The notes beneath the pieces are model-generated. The model did no database searches. It had not been told where the DNA came from and saw only the letters and a list, made by a program, of their open reading frames with translations. Positions 27,961 through 41,204 of a stretch of 64,000 nt of DNA are shown here, piece by piece; position 1 is the stretch's first letter, and every line of letters begins with the position of its first letter. The DNA lies in assembly GCF_018977255.1 (NCBI RefSeq), contig NW_024704742.1:14510001-14574000 (forward strand), in the 5' to 3' direction. The stretch comes from Callorhinchus milii. Its lineage: Eukaryota. Both the position numbers and the translations under genes were made by a program.

Positions 27961-30844
27961 GTTCAACATCCCGACATGGAGCTGGAATCAACAACTTCTG
28001 ACTCAGGTTAAACATTGCTGTCAACCGAGCCAGGCTTAAACACAATATCAATTTTCTTTATCCACAGACTTCAGTAATTACATCCATGATACTCCACATA
28101 TTTGGATTCCATGTAACTGAGACAGAGATCTCAGAGAGAAACTACTAAAAAGAAACATCAAAGGCATAACTACAAGCAGTATCGCCTTACTTAGTGAAGG
28201 GATGCTGACAAGAGGATTGGAGCTCCAGTCCGGTCAGTTTATGAACCCAGTGCCAATAATTTTACCTTTCCTTCAAAACAAAAATCTGAATGAATCTTTG
28301 TGCTTGGATAAAACAGAAAATTGCTTTGATATCAAAAGTAATCTGCAACACAGGAAGTGTGTCAGTTCTTGCAAGTATTGCATTCTTGTCAGGGTTCTGT
28401 AATAGATGCAACACTTTTTTTTAAAAAGAGGAATATAACAGAGTAAAAGAAGGGAGCAGAGAATTAGGATTAGAATTGGTAGCTCCAGTGGAGGAATTAG
28501 CACCACCACAGGTTCAATTGAGCTGAATGGCCTCCTCCTGTGCTGTAATTTCTATGATGCTACGTACAAACCTTTCAGTCACATTATTCCATGACTGTTT
28601 GTCATGGAATAATAATGTTGACTGTTTGTTTGCAGTATGCAATTGGCTGTCGCATGTGTCGCTGACAAAATATACAGTCAATTTACTATACAATATATTA
28701 TGTGAAGAGTTAGAGACGTCTCGAAGATGTGATAAGGCGCTATATCATTTGCAAATACTTGAACCTGAGTTGATTTTCACAGCAAAACCTTATTAGTTTA
28801 AGAAATTACATTGCTAACAGTTGTCAATGTGCCCTTCATAGAATGACATAAAGATTTGGTTGGATTTAGATCACCCAGATATCAACAACATCTTTTCATA
28901 TCAGTTATCTGCTCCCCACATATGCCAAATACGTCACACCTCTCTTGCAATCATTACACCATAGACACACACAATGCAGATTGGGTGTCAGTGCACCACA
29001 ATCTTTTGTACCACCGTCAAACCCATTACAGTGTTAACCATTGTGACACTGACAATTTCACATAAAAGACCATATGGATGTTATCACCCTGCTCCATGCA
29101 TGTTGGCTACAATTTCACTATTCCACATGCATATATTTTAGTCCTGTGCCAAATAATTCATTTTTAATATTGTAAAAGGATCCAGAGGTAATAGCTACCA
29201 AATATGTTCATTACAACTGAAAATGTTTTATTTTAAATCATAGTGGTCTTAATTACTTATTTTGCTCATTAATAATAATCACAATAATCATTCCATTTGA
29301 TATAGTGCATATTAGGTTAAGAATGTCAAATTGTTTCACAAAGTTTCTGTAAAGTGTAGTGATTGCGCATCTGTAGGCAAACACAGAAGCCAAGCAATGT
29401 TAGAATATTTAACGTCCACTTAAACAGGTAGATAGAAACATGGTTTAATATCTCATCTGAAAGATAGCATCTTTGACAATGCAGCACTCTCTCAGCATTG
29501 CTTTGGAACGTCAGCCTAGACTATAATCTTAGATCCATGATTATAATGAAAATTTGGCTTTTATTCCTCAATGGGGTTTAATGGTGTAAAATTAATCCTT
29601 TCAACAATGATGCTCCTCCAGCTGTCTTAATGGACCCTTAATATGACTGGTCCTAGCACTCCACAAAAATTCTACACTCAAATCCAATCCCACTATTCTT
29701 AATCGATACCTTTTTATAAGTTTCCTCAAATATTATCCAATTCCCTTTTAAATAATGTTATGGACTCAGCTATATGTGGTAAATGATTCCATATTCTAAT
29801 ACACACAAAATGAATTAACAGGGTGGGAGGTCAGAGAAAGAGTCAAGGCTCACACATGAAGAATGATCACTTTGGGTAAGGGAACATCCTATGATCCAGC
29901 CACACCTCAGCAAGAATCCTTCAAGAATTTTTTAATTCCTTAAAAAAATAATAAATTGATCACTTCAATCCACGACTGTTTGTGAGACAAGGCTGTGTGC
30001 AATTGGCTGCCTAGTTTCGCCCACAAAATATACAGTATATTCTGTGAAACACTTTGGGACGTCTCGAAGATGTGATGAGGTGCTATATCAAATGCAAGGA
30101 TTATTAATAATAATCAGTGGCTTCAAGAGGAGAGAACATTGTAGGATGGGGGAAAATACTAAATTAAAATAATGAAAAGAATAACAGAGTAACAGATATT
30201 AACAGGACCCAAAACTGAAAAGCTTTCAAGGAGGTGTGTTACATTTGTTGTAATGATCGCTAGAGCACATTTTTCATCACTTAACAGTGAACTGATTGGT
30301 AACTGGCAGAGTTCTTAACGCTTTCTGTTTAAGGGTCACTGAACTAAAATAGTACACTTTTCATCAGTGCTGCATTTGCTTCTTATCAGGTTTCATTTCA
30401 CTTTTTTTGACTTAAGTAAAACATTTTTATCGTTTTATTTCAATTGGGATAAAAGAATGCAAAACAAGTCCAAATCACCAAAATACTTTACACACAGCAC
30501 ATTTGTGATAACCAACAAAAATATTCTCAATACCAACTCTCAAGTCAAAAGACATCAACTAATGTCCTTCAGTTTTTCAAATACGTTTCTTGCGGCAACA
30601 AAAAACTACTGTATGTTCAAACAAACTTGAAAACAATTCTCAAACAATTTCTGTTTTTGTTTATGAAGATGCTTATACTGAACCATAAATAATTCTTTTC
30701 AAACTGTTTCTTAACTGATATTTACACAATAATGTTATTATTATTATACATATAGAACATTGCTTGAACTTTTAAACCACCGATTTCAATTCATGTTTTT
30801 TGTGGAATTTTGGTAAACTTAACTTTCCATAATTTTCACTCTCG

Positions 30845-31400
30845 GAATGGAAGTTGATAGCAAGGTTCTCAGCACCCCGGGAGAGAGGTGAGAGTGGAGA
30901 CAGGCAATGTTGTGGAGCTGGGGGAAAGCAGAGCAAGTGAAAACATGGATGTAAGGTTTCAAGGATAGCTGGCTGTTAAACTAGACACTGAAGTTCCATA
31001 ACAGCTCCATAAGGTGGAGTGAGCATCCATGCAGGATGAGGTGGTCAGGGCCTGAGGCGAAGTTACACTGAGGGGAGCCAAGCTGGTCTTGTCGACATAG
31101 AGCTGTAGAAAGTTAGAACTCATAAAGAATTGTCTGACAGGAAAGCAGCGGTCCTGGAATTGTGGGTCTTATAGAGAGGTCAGGAAAGATAGGAATGAGC
31201 AAAGCTGGGAGGTGATGACTTGTTCCAGCAGTTTGGTGAGGAATGGTATGAAATGGATCAGTAGCTGGAGTGCATGGAGATTCCAGTGAGTGAGTGTTTC
31301 TTGAGGAGGAAGGTGATGACGGTGGTTTTGAATGGGGATGTACTTGTCAGCCGAGAGGAAGAGGTTGATGACAGTTTCACACATGTGGGTATGTCTTTAA
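30845..31400 (-). mobile_element. L2-clade LINE internal RT fragment
   Basis: Purine-rich + strand; the minus frame gives PFLTKLLEQVITSQL, resembling the RT start (PFLSKILEKVV type). Confidence 0.6.
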
Positions 31401-31467
31401 AGCAGCATCAAAGCAATCATTTTAATACTTTTGGATGTTGGATCTTATTTCCTTGCAGTTTTCTTAC

Positions 31468-31595
31468 CTCATTTGCTGGTAATGTTGCGAAAGGTTTGAT
31501 GACAGCTGCTAAAGGAACCTGGGATTGTTTGGCCATATCTGCTGTGCTCGGAAAGCAGTAGGTTGTACAACGTACAAAACGAGGACTTGCATTTC
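31468..31595 (-). CDS. SEC24D: SEC24D exon 8
   Basis: ttttgaag|GA AAT GCA...AAT GAG|gtaag. 128 nt. [43 protein letters not shown]. Confidence 0.97.
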
Positions 31596-31704
31596 CTTCA
31601 AAACATAATAAAGTACATATGAAAAAATATGTTGAAACTTAATCCGTTACCAGCACCTTTCTCATACTTGCAACATCCTGTGGACTTTTATACAATCAAA
31701 CATG

Positions 31705-31990
31705 TCAGCCTGGCTCAGTTGGTAGCACTCTTGTCTCTGAATCAGAAGAATGTAGGTTCAAGCCCCAGGTCGGGGAATTTGAACTCACATCTCGCCTGTC
31801 ACTCCAAAACAGTGCTGGGAGTATACTGCATTGTGGGAGGTGCTGCCCTTTCAGATACAATGTCACACATGTCCCGTCTGCCTGTTCTGTTCAAATGAAA
31901 GCTAATCATTCCATGGCATCACTCAAAAAGGGAAGGGAGTTTCCCCTGGTATCCTGGCCAATCAATCCCCCAAATAAAATTGTTCATTGA
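31705..31990 (+). mobile_element. Older Deu-type SINE, 5' two-thirds
   Basis: GGCTCAGTTGGTAGCACTCTTGTCTCTGA head and Deu-like body. Similar decayed copies at about 2575-2820, 4730-5110, 18990-19320, 22325-22490, 26855-27310, 29280-29525 and 55745-56070. Confidence 0.7.
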
Positions 31991-33319
31991 CTTCCTCTTT
32001 GACCATGCCTACGGTCACCTCCCTGCTCCTCCTGGCTCGGCATCCATCTCCACAACTGTTAAGCGCTCTGAGCCTCTACCCCGCATGAAGGGCGAAATAT
32101 AAATGTTAGTTTTTGTTGTAAGTATAAATTGTACACTTTACTTTACTACACTTTACAGTGAATCCTTTGAAGAGCATTGGTACTTTCTCCAGAAGTGAAA
32201 AGTGCAGCTATTTCCTATATAAACAACAGCAGCAAAATTACATTTGTTTAGTGCCTTTCACGTCTGGAGGACGTCCCAAGGCGCTGGACAGACAGAGTTT
32301 CGGACCCGAGCTGGGGGTTGGGATTGGGGAGGATAAAGCTATTCCCTTCATTAAAAGCTATGTGCAGCAGTATCTCACCATCACTAACCCACATGAAAAT
32401 CAAAATTACAAACCACAATAATCAATTTCTACTGCCTTCCCATTCTGTGCGTTATCTTTTAAATGTTTGTCTTCAGGCAGTGAACAACGATGATATCATC
32501 ATGGAGAGAATTGGCCTGAGAAAAATTACTCTACCCGACAGCCCGAGAGAGGCGAGATAATGTGCTTTACAGTTGAAAAGGCAAAATTCCTGATCAGCCT
32601 TAATTTATGACTTCATCTCGCAACATTAATTCTGCTCTCATTACCCCAGTGCCAAGAATCCCTCTTTTGGGGTCACAAAGGAAATTAAATCTTCCAGACT
32701 TGAGTTAAAATCCACATTGAGTTTGGATTTGCAACATTAAAATTGCCTCAAATCTAAAACTTGAAAAGCTAAAGCCTCAGCACAGAAGACAATTATCAAG
32801 TCTCTGCTTTCCTGAGGTGAATATTTTGCTTGGCTTGTCAGTGTTTGAAATGACTGCTGATACAGCAGAAAAAATCATTCGATCGTTCCCCCACTCTGTG
32901 GCAATTAGAAAAATAAAAACACTAGTTTTATTTAGAAAGTCATCCTTTCCGGTCCTTCAGTTTCCAATGTCAGCTTTAATAAAAAAAAGCACTGCTCTCG
33001 AAGTGTTAACCATTTTGTTTTAACATGTAACATTGTTTGTAACTGAGATAGAACTGAATTTAAATCTCATGATTTTTTTACTATCAACAGTTTTTAAAAA
33101 TAGCTCTGACATATAGCTAGAAGCTTGTTGAGTGATTTAAGGAATATATACAGATTTCTGAACTCCTGGCCACTATCTTTTTAATAAAGAACACTTTACT
33201 GCTCAGAATTTTCAAAGTATGTACTTCAGTCTAAGATTTACGTTAAGGAGAAGTTATTTCCAGATGGGGGAAAAAAGTAAGTAAATCATATTCAGCTGCA
33301 GTAACAAATCAATAATGAT

Positions 33320-33740
33320 GTAGAACCGAAGAAATTTGCAGCACAGAAGAAGTCATTCGGCCCATCATGTCTGCGCTGGCTTTGAAAAAGCAATCCATTT
33401 AGTCTCACTTACCTTTCTTTCCCCATACCCCTGTAAATTACCCCTTCTTAGATACCTATCTAGTTCACTTTTGAAAACTAATATGGATCCTGCCTCAACC
33501 ACTATAACCGGCAGTGTATTTCACAACCTAATAACTCTGCAAAGCAATTTCTCCCAACCTGCCCTTTGACAACTATTTTAAATTGATGCTCTCCAGCCAA
33601 TACTCACTGGCCAGTGGAAATAATTTCTTTTCATCTATTGTATTAAAATACCTCACAATTTTAAAGATCTCTATTAGATCTCCTTTCAACCTTCTTTATT
33701 CCAATAAAAAATAGGCCCAGTTTCTATGTCTCTGCTATAC
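33320..33740 (-). mobile_element. Decayed CR1-clade 3' fragment
   Basis: Reverse-complement 3' end GATGGGCCGAATGACTTCTTCTGTGCTG. Short CR1 ends also at about 28430-28560, 39555-39608 and 61140-61235. Confidence 0.65.
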
Positions 33741-34212
33741 GCCAGAATTTAAAACAGAAAAAGACACAACACAAGCTTTATCACAAATAGTCTAATATTT
33801 AAGAACATTTGAGAAGTCAGAATCTATTTCAATTGGACAATAATAACCTTGGTAAAAAGCCTATATGGCATAATTAATTCTAAAATATAACTAACTGAAA
33901 TCAAATACAAATTATTTTGGACCGTCTAAGACCTCAGCTGTACTCAGCAAAAGTAAATAAGAGCAGCCCGCTTATTTTGACAAACTCAAGATTATATCAC
34001 AAGATTGTATGACCTAAAAGATTATTTATTAATGATTATTTTTTACCTGCCAAGTTTTTAAAAGTGATAATGCACATCTCTGAGTTAACCAATATTACCA
34101 GCACAGTATATTAACAGCACCACGTGATTACAATTACAAATTACCTCCAACTCCAAGATTGGGAAAGTTACATTGGTCAGAATATTACTATAAATAATAT
34201 AATAATAAACAT

Positions 34213-34535
34213 TAATAATCCTCGCATTTGATTTAGCGCTTTTCACATATTCTAAATGTCTCAAAGCGCTTCACAGAATATACTGTAAAGTGAATTGACT
34301 GCATATTTGTGGCGAAACGCAGCAGCGAATTGCGCACAGCAGTGTCCCACAAACTGTCGTGGATTTAGAGACCAAATTATTATTGAGTTTTTTAAGGATT
34401 ATTACCCTAGAAAAGCGATCCGCCAATCAACTAACAACCAGGTTCCTATTTACTGCTAGGTAAACAGAGGCGTGTGGAGTAAGGAAACTTGGCCAACATT
34501 TCACCCTGCTGGGAATAGAACCCAGGTCTCTTGCT
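34213..34535 (-). mobile_element. tRNA-derived SINE, long subfamily, 5'-truncated
   Basis: Lacks the A-box half of the head. Confidence 0.85.
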
Positions 34536-35056
34536 TTTTAAAATGAAAGTAAAATAAAAATAAAATAAAAGAATGTCGAAGGAAGACAGGGAGTTATCAG
34601 GTTATGGCTTCCCAAGTTACCATTAAAACAAATTCTACTGCAGTGACACTTGTTAAAGATTTGCAGTGAACGGTTTGGAGTTATTTATTTATGTTCACTC
34701 CAAGTCGAAACCACTCTACTACAGAGATTGGTACTGAGTTGGCAATCAGTTGAGCTCCCTTTTCTACTGATTCTGTGGAGAAGTAAATCCCTAATATCAC
34801 ACAACAGTGAAGAAACTAAATCAAGGAAACGGGAAACAGATAAAAAGAAATTTCTGAAAATCTGAAATCACACCAGAAAACGTTGCACACGCAGGTTTTA
34901 GCATCCGAATGAGATAGATTACAATTTTATATAAAATTAAACTTCAGAGTACTATGGGTGTTCAAGGCCACAAGCAATTGTTGATCCACAACCCTGAAGG
35001 CACATGTACTTGCAGGCATACGTTACATGGTTCTCTTCAAAGGAAGAGAACTCGGT

Positions 35057-35379
35057 GGAGTCCTGTAGCTCAGTGGTTAGAGCACTCGCTTTGCAAATGA
35101 GAGACCTGAGTTCAATTCCAGGCAGAGGGTGAAACCTTGGGCAAGTTTCCTTACTCCACACGCCTAATAATAATCCCTCCAAAAACCAAAAACAATAATA
35201 AAAAATTGGTCATGTTCAATCTACGACTGTTTATGGGACATTGCTGTGCGCAATTGGCTGCTGCGTTCGCCCACAAATATACAGTCAATTCACTTTACAG
35301 TATATTCTGTGAAGCGCTTTGGGACGTCCTCCCGACGTGAAAAGCGCTATATCAAATGCAAGGATAATTATTATTATTA
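35057..35379 (+). mobile_element. Young tRNA(Ala)-derived SINE, short subfamily, full length
   Basis: A box TAGCTCAGTGG, anticodon-like arm with TGC, B box GTTCAATTCC, L2-type 3' end and (ATT)n tail. Many near-identical copies in the window. Confidence 0.9.
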
Positions 35380-35594
35380 AATTAAAGCTAATAAAGTGGA
35401 GCACAACACCCTGCATTTATATAGCACACTTCACACAGGATAGCATCTCAGAGTGCTCAGTAGCAGGGTTAGAGGCCAAGCAAGAGAGAAGTGGTAGGTC
35501 TTAAGGTAGGACAGACAGACAGAAGAGGTGAGCTGAAGGTGTTGAGGTAACGATTTCAGAGGTGTGCTAACATGTCACAGATAGAAGCAAAGTT

Positions 35595-35965
35595 GGAGTC
35601 CTGTAGCTCAGTGGTTAGATCACTTGCCTCGCAAGTGAGAGACCTGGGTTTAATCCCGGGCAGGGCGAAATGTTGGGCAAGTATCCTTACACCACACGCC
35701 TCTGTTTACCTAGCAGTAAGCAGGAACCCAGTTGTTAAGTCAATTGGCGGAATGCTTTTCCGAGGGTAATAATCCCTTCAAAATAAGTAAAAATAATAAT
35801 AATTTGATCACATAACCCACGATTGTTTGTGGGACACTGCTGTGCACAATTGGTTGCTGTGTTTCACCCACAAAATATAGAGTCAATTCACAGTATATTC
35901 TGTGAAGCGCTTTGAGACATCTCAAAGACGTGATAAGGCACCATATCAAATGCAAGGGTTATTAT
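35595..35965 (+). mobile_element. tRNA-derived SINE, long subfamily, full length
   Basis: Same head and tail, plus an extra ~70 nt (CTGTTTACCTAGCAGTAAG...CCGAGGG). Confidence 0.88.
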
Positions 35966-38718
35966 CTATATGTCCAGCAGGGCATCATTAGGAGTGCAGA
36001 GAAAGTTCAGGAATCTGTATCAACTTGGGGACTGCACTCTCAGCAAAGTATCTTCCAAAGTAGTGGAGGATCATCAGATTATGCATTTGAGTCATAAATT
36101 CTTGAAGAGTTGAGCGCAGACATATTGCCCAACATCACTTCACAACTCAAGAGAATCTTTGCTCCTACCAATCTCTCATCAAGGTGGCAGTCAGCCAACA
36201 GAAAAACAGCATTTACATCAAAGCGATCTTCAAATGGCTTATCCTCATAAGGCTTGCCAAGCTCCTCCATGGGGTCAAAGGAGTGGACCCCCATCTGTTC
36301 CAACACTTTTTAATTGGGTTCAGTCCCAGGCAATAGCACTAGAGGCACTCGTGGGTATGTGGCTGCAGAAGTTGCCATGCAGCTGGATATTTCTGAACTT
36401 CCTGTGTCAATCTGTGGTCCACAGCACAACACCATGTTCCTATTCTTTCTTCAAATTATATTCTTGTCACAAAAATGAGCCTCCTTATTTTAAGATCTTT
36501 GGGTTGGTCATTTAGATGGTAACTGATGTTGAGGGAGTTTCGGCCAACAATCTCCCTAACAAAATTGGTCAGTCACTTCATGGCTGTTTGTGAGACATTG
36601 CTGTGAGCAAAATTAGCTGCCACATTCGTCTATAAAATACACAGTCATTACTCTTTACATTAAAACCCGTGAAGCGCTTTGAGATGCCCTCCAGACATAA
36701 AAGGTGCTATATCAAATGTGGGGATTATTTTGGTTACACCTTCACTACTATTATGACAGATAAATGTCATAAAAGACAAACACATATGCGCCGATTCATT
36801 TACTCCACTGTTATTTCTGAACTTGTAACAATATGTGCAATTAGCTGCCACATTTGTCTATAAAAATATTGCACAAAGCATGTGCAATACTTGCCGACAC
36901 TATTTTTTTCCCCCAAAATAAGAATAACAAAATCTTAATGGCATTTTCCAACAAACTTGTATATAATAGAATATTTAGCCACACTTGGAATGAGATCCAA
37001 GTTTTCTTGGCTATTGTATAGTCCTATAACAGACAGATCCTATTTGGGAGATTTTTTAATACAGGCAGTCTCTAATAAATCTCTTAATCATCTAGGCATA
37101 TGAATGCAAAATATAATACGTTAAGAAGCCAAAAACGTTCTACTGCATTACCCAAGCTTGGATATAGCATAGTATTGCCCATTTAGGGCTATTACTGTCT
37201 TACTAGCTTGTTTCAGATTACAAAATGGCAGTAAATTACTTCTCTGATGTAAGAGAAAAACAAAGGCGTCCATTTACCATTGAAATACTGATTAAAAGAA
37301 AATATTATTATGTTTTTAGGCAGAGAATTTGTGAAGCTGTGCATGTTTACTCATGAAATTACATCTGATTATTTGAGGGCCTCTTTCCACCTCCCCCCAC
37401 AAAAAATATAGGTCAGCTCAAAGATTTAAGTAGTTGTATTTTTGACCAAAACATGCCTTTGGTGCTCTCTGATTCCTCGTATTCCAGGTATTTAATATCC
37501 CTTGTTCACAAAGTACATTTGTTGGAGGTTCAGAAGCAATATAATGGATGAACATGGGCCAATAAACATTGAGGTTTAAAGTCACAAATGAGAAACAGAC
37601 CTCTCATCTTCTCAATGCCACACTCACATCCTAATCAAATGTGAAATTATCTGCGAAAACTGAGGGGGAAAAATATCAGGAAGAAAACTCCATTCATAGC
37701 GCGCCTATCTTGACATTTTTGACAATTCAGATGGCTTGAAACTTGGCTGTCCTAATAAATGGTTTCTTTCTATCCTTCTCCACTGTATTAACATCGGTAA
37801 CTTTTAAAAGAACTTATACAATAGCTTTCAAATTGAGCTGGCTGTTTGTAGAAGTGATTAGAGAAGAAAGTGAAATACTGAAAAGAAGAAATTGTAGTAT
37901 CGTTCCTACTTTAGCACTCGAAGAGGAAAGATTGAAGCTAAATCTACCCGCAAGAATATCCAGCCACAAGCTGACCATTACTGAAACGCCCTAGGTTCCA
38001 CAGATGTTCCGACGCATCCTAAATCCTAAAATCCAGGTAGAAGATCTTCTGAGTGACATCTGGCAACATGTGTACCACCCCTCCTGTAAAAGTGGCAATA
38101 TTCATAGCCCTTTGCAGTGATTGTGGTATCTGCCAACAGTTTGAAGCTAGCCCTGGGGGCAATGATAGGAGTCAGTAGGATGAGAACTTAGATATTGAAG
38201 AGTCAAGCAGTTCAGGCATATCCACATACATGAGACTTCTGAAGTTACAGACAGCTTGGTAAACTTTCCAACGATGGACCAGTAGAAAACTGTCTTGATG
38301 GGAAAGCTGTCTCTCCCAGTACTTAGGCATTGCTGGCTGAGATCTGCCTTGGAAATGTTTGGTCATAATGACACCCCAGGGGTGTGAAGCAGTTGTTGGC
38401 AATCTTCACTATACCCTAGTGACTTTTCAAGAATTGATGACACCAAACACCCATCTGATGATTTTAATCTTCATTGAAAGTAAGTTTCTTCAGAATATGG
38501 ACCCTGGGAATTTTATATGGATTTGTCGACCTTCTTTATAGTGCACCAATGGACTTCGCTTCAGAATGTGACACGGTTCTACTGTTTCTTTCTTTTAAGA
38601 CTCTATCTCTACGAGAACCAAGAAACATGGCTAGAGCTTCACAAATCTGCACTGGTATGGGTTTATGCTGTGAAAGTTTTTTTTAAAAGTCCATTACTAA
38701 CCATATTACTAACCATAC

Positions 38719-38958
38719 CAAGTTTCCTTACTCCACACGCCTAATAATAATCCCTCCAAAACCAAAAACAATAATAAATTGTTCATTTTCAATCTACGAC
38801 TGTTTGTGGGACATTGCTGTGCGCAATTGGCTGCCGCGTTCCCCCACAAATATACAGTCAATTCACCTTACAGTGTGTTCTGTGAAGCGCTTTGGGACGT
38901 CCTCCCGACGTGAAAAGCGCTATATCAAATGCAAGGATTATTATTATCATTATTATTA
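38719..38958 (+). mobile_element. tRNA-derived SINE, short subfamily, 5'-truncated
   Basis: Starts at CAAGTTTCCTTACTCC and ends in (ATT)n. Confidence 0.88.
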
Positions 38959-39882
38959 TATACATATTTAATAAAGCTGCTGTGTTATGTAATAGGATTT
39001 GAGCTGGTGCGGATACATAGTCAACAAATCACTTAATCTCCTACAGGTTTATGCAGTACCAGTAGTGTTGAATTGCTCATATGCCTCCTGTATCATTATG
39101 CTAACATATATTCATGCATTGGATGTGATGGTGCTGACATTACTGGTGGCTGCATAACACCCAAAGAGCAACAATAATATCAGACATCATGACCTTATTT
39201 GCTTTAACCTTTATTCTAATTGAACATCATTGCACATCACCAAATTATATAATCATTCTTATACATTGGGGTGGCACTTGGTGAGCATGTATTCTAGTAT
39301 TTCTAGGGCTGTGTGTGGGCCACTCGTGTGACACACTGCGTCTTCATAGGAGGCATCGGGGAGCCTAAGTGCTCCCTCTTATTGTGCATGCTCATGACAT
39401 TATAGTACAGGCATTCCCACATCATCTCAATTTTTGAGCTTGTCAGCCTGTCTTGGCCACTCCCATTCGTTTGGTTCCTATGGCTCAGTAGCTTGTTGAG
39501 CTGGCGAAGAAATTACTTGTGTTTTTCATCTTCTGATTGCACAGACAATTGCACGGCACAGACACGATGGGCCAAATGGCCTCCTTCTGTGCTGTATAAT
39601 TCTATGATTGGTTTAGGAGCCAATAAATGCTGAATTCAATGAAACATTGCTTCGTACCTCAGGGTGTTATTCCTAGCGAACACACACCCAGTGCAAAAAA
39701 TGCCCAAACGTGCCCTCAATATCCCAATGCTCAGTATCAGAATTTTACACCATAATAGTCAAATTACAAATGTATAAATAATACTGCTATTCAATGAACC
39801 AAAATTATGTTTCAGCACTCCAAAGCTCCTAAAAACAATGATTTATTCAACAATTTAACATGAAAAAATCCAACCTCATTAC

Positions 39883-39994
39883 CTTGATCCTGTATCACAC
39901 AGTCTGTCGTAACAAGTGGAGGAAGTTGACCCTTGATATTCGTTGTAAAAATCTGTCCCAATCTTCGAACTTTATCTTCTTCTATGACCTGGGT
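39883..39994 (-). CDS. SEC24D: SEC24D exon 7
   Basis: ctttag|ACC CAG GTC...GAT CAA G|gtaatg. 112 nt. [37 protein letters not shown]. Confidence 0.97.
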
Positions 39995-40135
39995 CTAAAG
40001 AATAAAACAAGTTTACAGATGAATAACTCAAAACGGCAGCCAAACAAAAGTTTCAATCAGCAATTTCCACTACCTTTGCAAGAATCAAAGCATTTTTGTT
40101 TCATATATTATAATATATTATATATATAATATATT

Positions 40136-40445
40136 GGAGTCCTGAAGCTCAGTTGTTAGAGCACTAGCCTCGCAAACGAGAGACCTGGGTTCGATTCCTG
40201 CAGGCAAAACCTTGGGTAAGTTTCCTTACTCCACACTCCTGATAATAATCCCTCAAGAAACAAAATAATAAATTGGTCACTTCAATCCACAACTGTTTGT
40301 GGCACACTGCTGTGTGCAATTGGCTGTCACATTTCGCCCACAAATATACAGTAAGTTCACTTTACAGTATATTCTGTGAAGTGCTTTGCGACATCTAGAA
40401 GACGTGAAAAGCGCTATATCAAGTGCAAGGATTATTATTATTATA
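40136..40445 (+). mobile_element. tRNA-derived SINE, short subfamily
   Basis: Full head with B box GGTTCGATTCC, about 140 nt from the exon 7 acceptor. Confidence 0.9.
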
Positions 40446-41204
40446 TTACTTGTTTTGATATGTTAGATGTAACTCTGTATACTTTAACAACTAAAGTAGC
40501 TCTGGATATGCCTCAATTTCACGTCTCTTAGTACTAAATTTGCTCACTGCTGACACCTATCATTGTATTTGAGGTTTTAATTTACAATAGTCGCTGATTT
40601 CGACGTATGGCTAATTACAATTTTCAAAACACACCATTGAACAAAAGATCAGGAGACTAAAACAGTTCTTACCACATCAGGGCAATAAAATTAAATCCCA
40701 TTGTAACACGGTGCTTGGGATCCATAAAATCCCAGCAATAAAGAAGTGTTATAGCTGTTCTCACTGAGCATGCGTATAGCCAGCTGACCCAATCTTGAGC
40801 ACCAGCACCACCTGGCAATCGTAGGAGTCAGCAGATATTCGGAGAAGGCATAACGAGATGCATGATCAATTTAACAGCAAAATGCAACTGGCATGCAGGA
40901 AGCGAGCAGCCCAGCTACATACATACTCAGTTAATGGGGTCCACACGCAACCACATTATAACATTATAACCAAATTTGTGCAATAATGTGACTGCTCTGT
41001 ATTTCATTTAATTAAAAACAATTGACCCATCACTGAGAAATCACAACATGCTTTTTTTTAAAAAATAGTACTCCTTTTAAAACAACAGTTTCAATATCGT
41101 AGTGTGGTTCACATGGAGCAGACATTTTCTACTTGTTCCAATGTTACACAAAACACACACTTGTTCTGATGGGTTCTGTGCTACTGCAAACAATGTCACC
41201 TCTG

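Noticed and set aside
35057..35130. tRNA-Ala genes
   Set aside because: These are SINE heads: A/B boxes and an anticodon arm are present, but there is no acceptor stem and they continue into the SINE body.
36000..38700. Coding-like stretches at about 36000-36500 and 38000-38700
   Set aside because: Frames are interrupted and I could not identify a protein motif. They may be very old TE remnants, but that is not supportable without a search.
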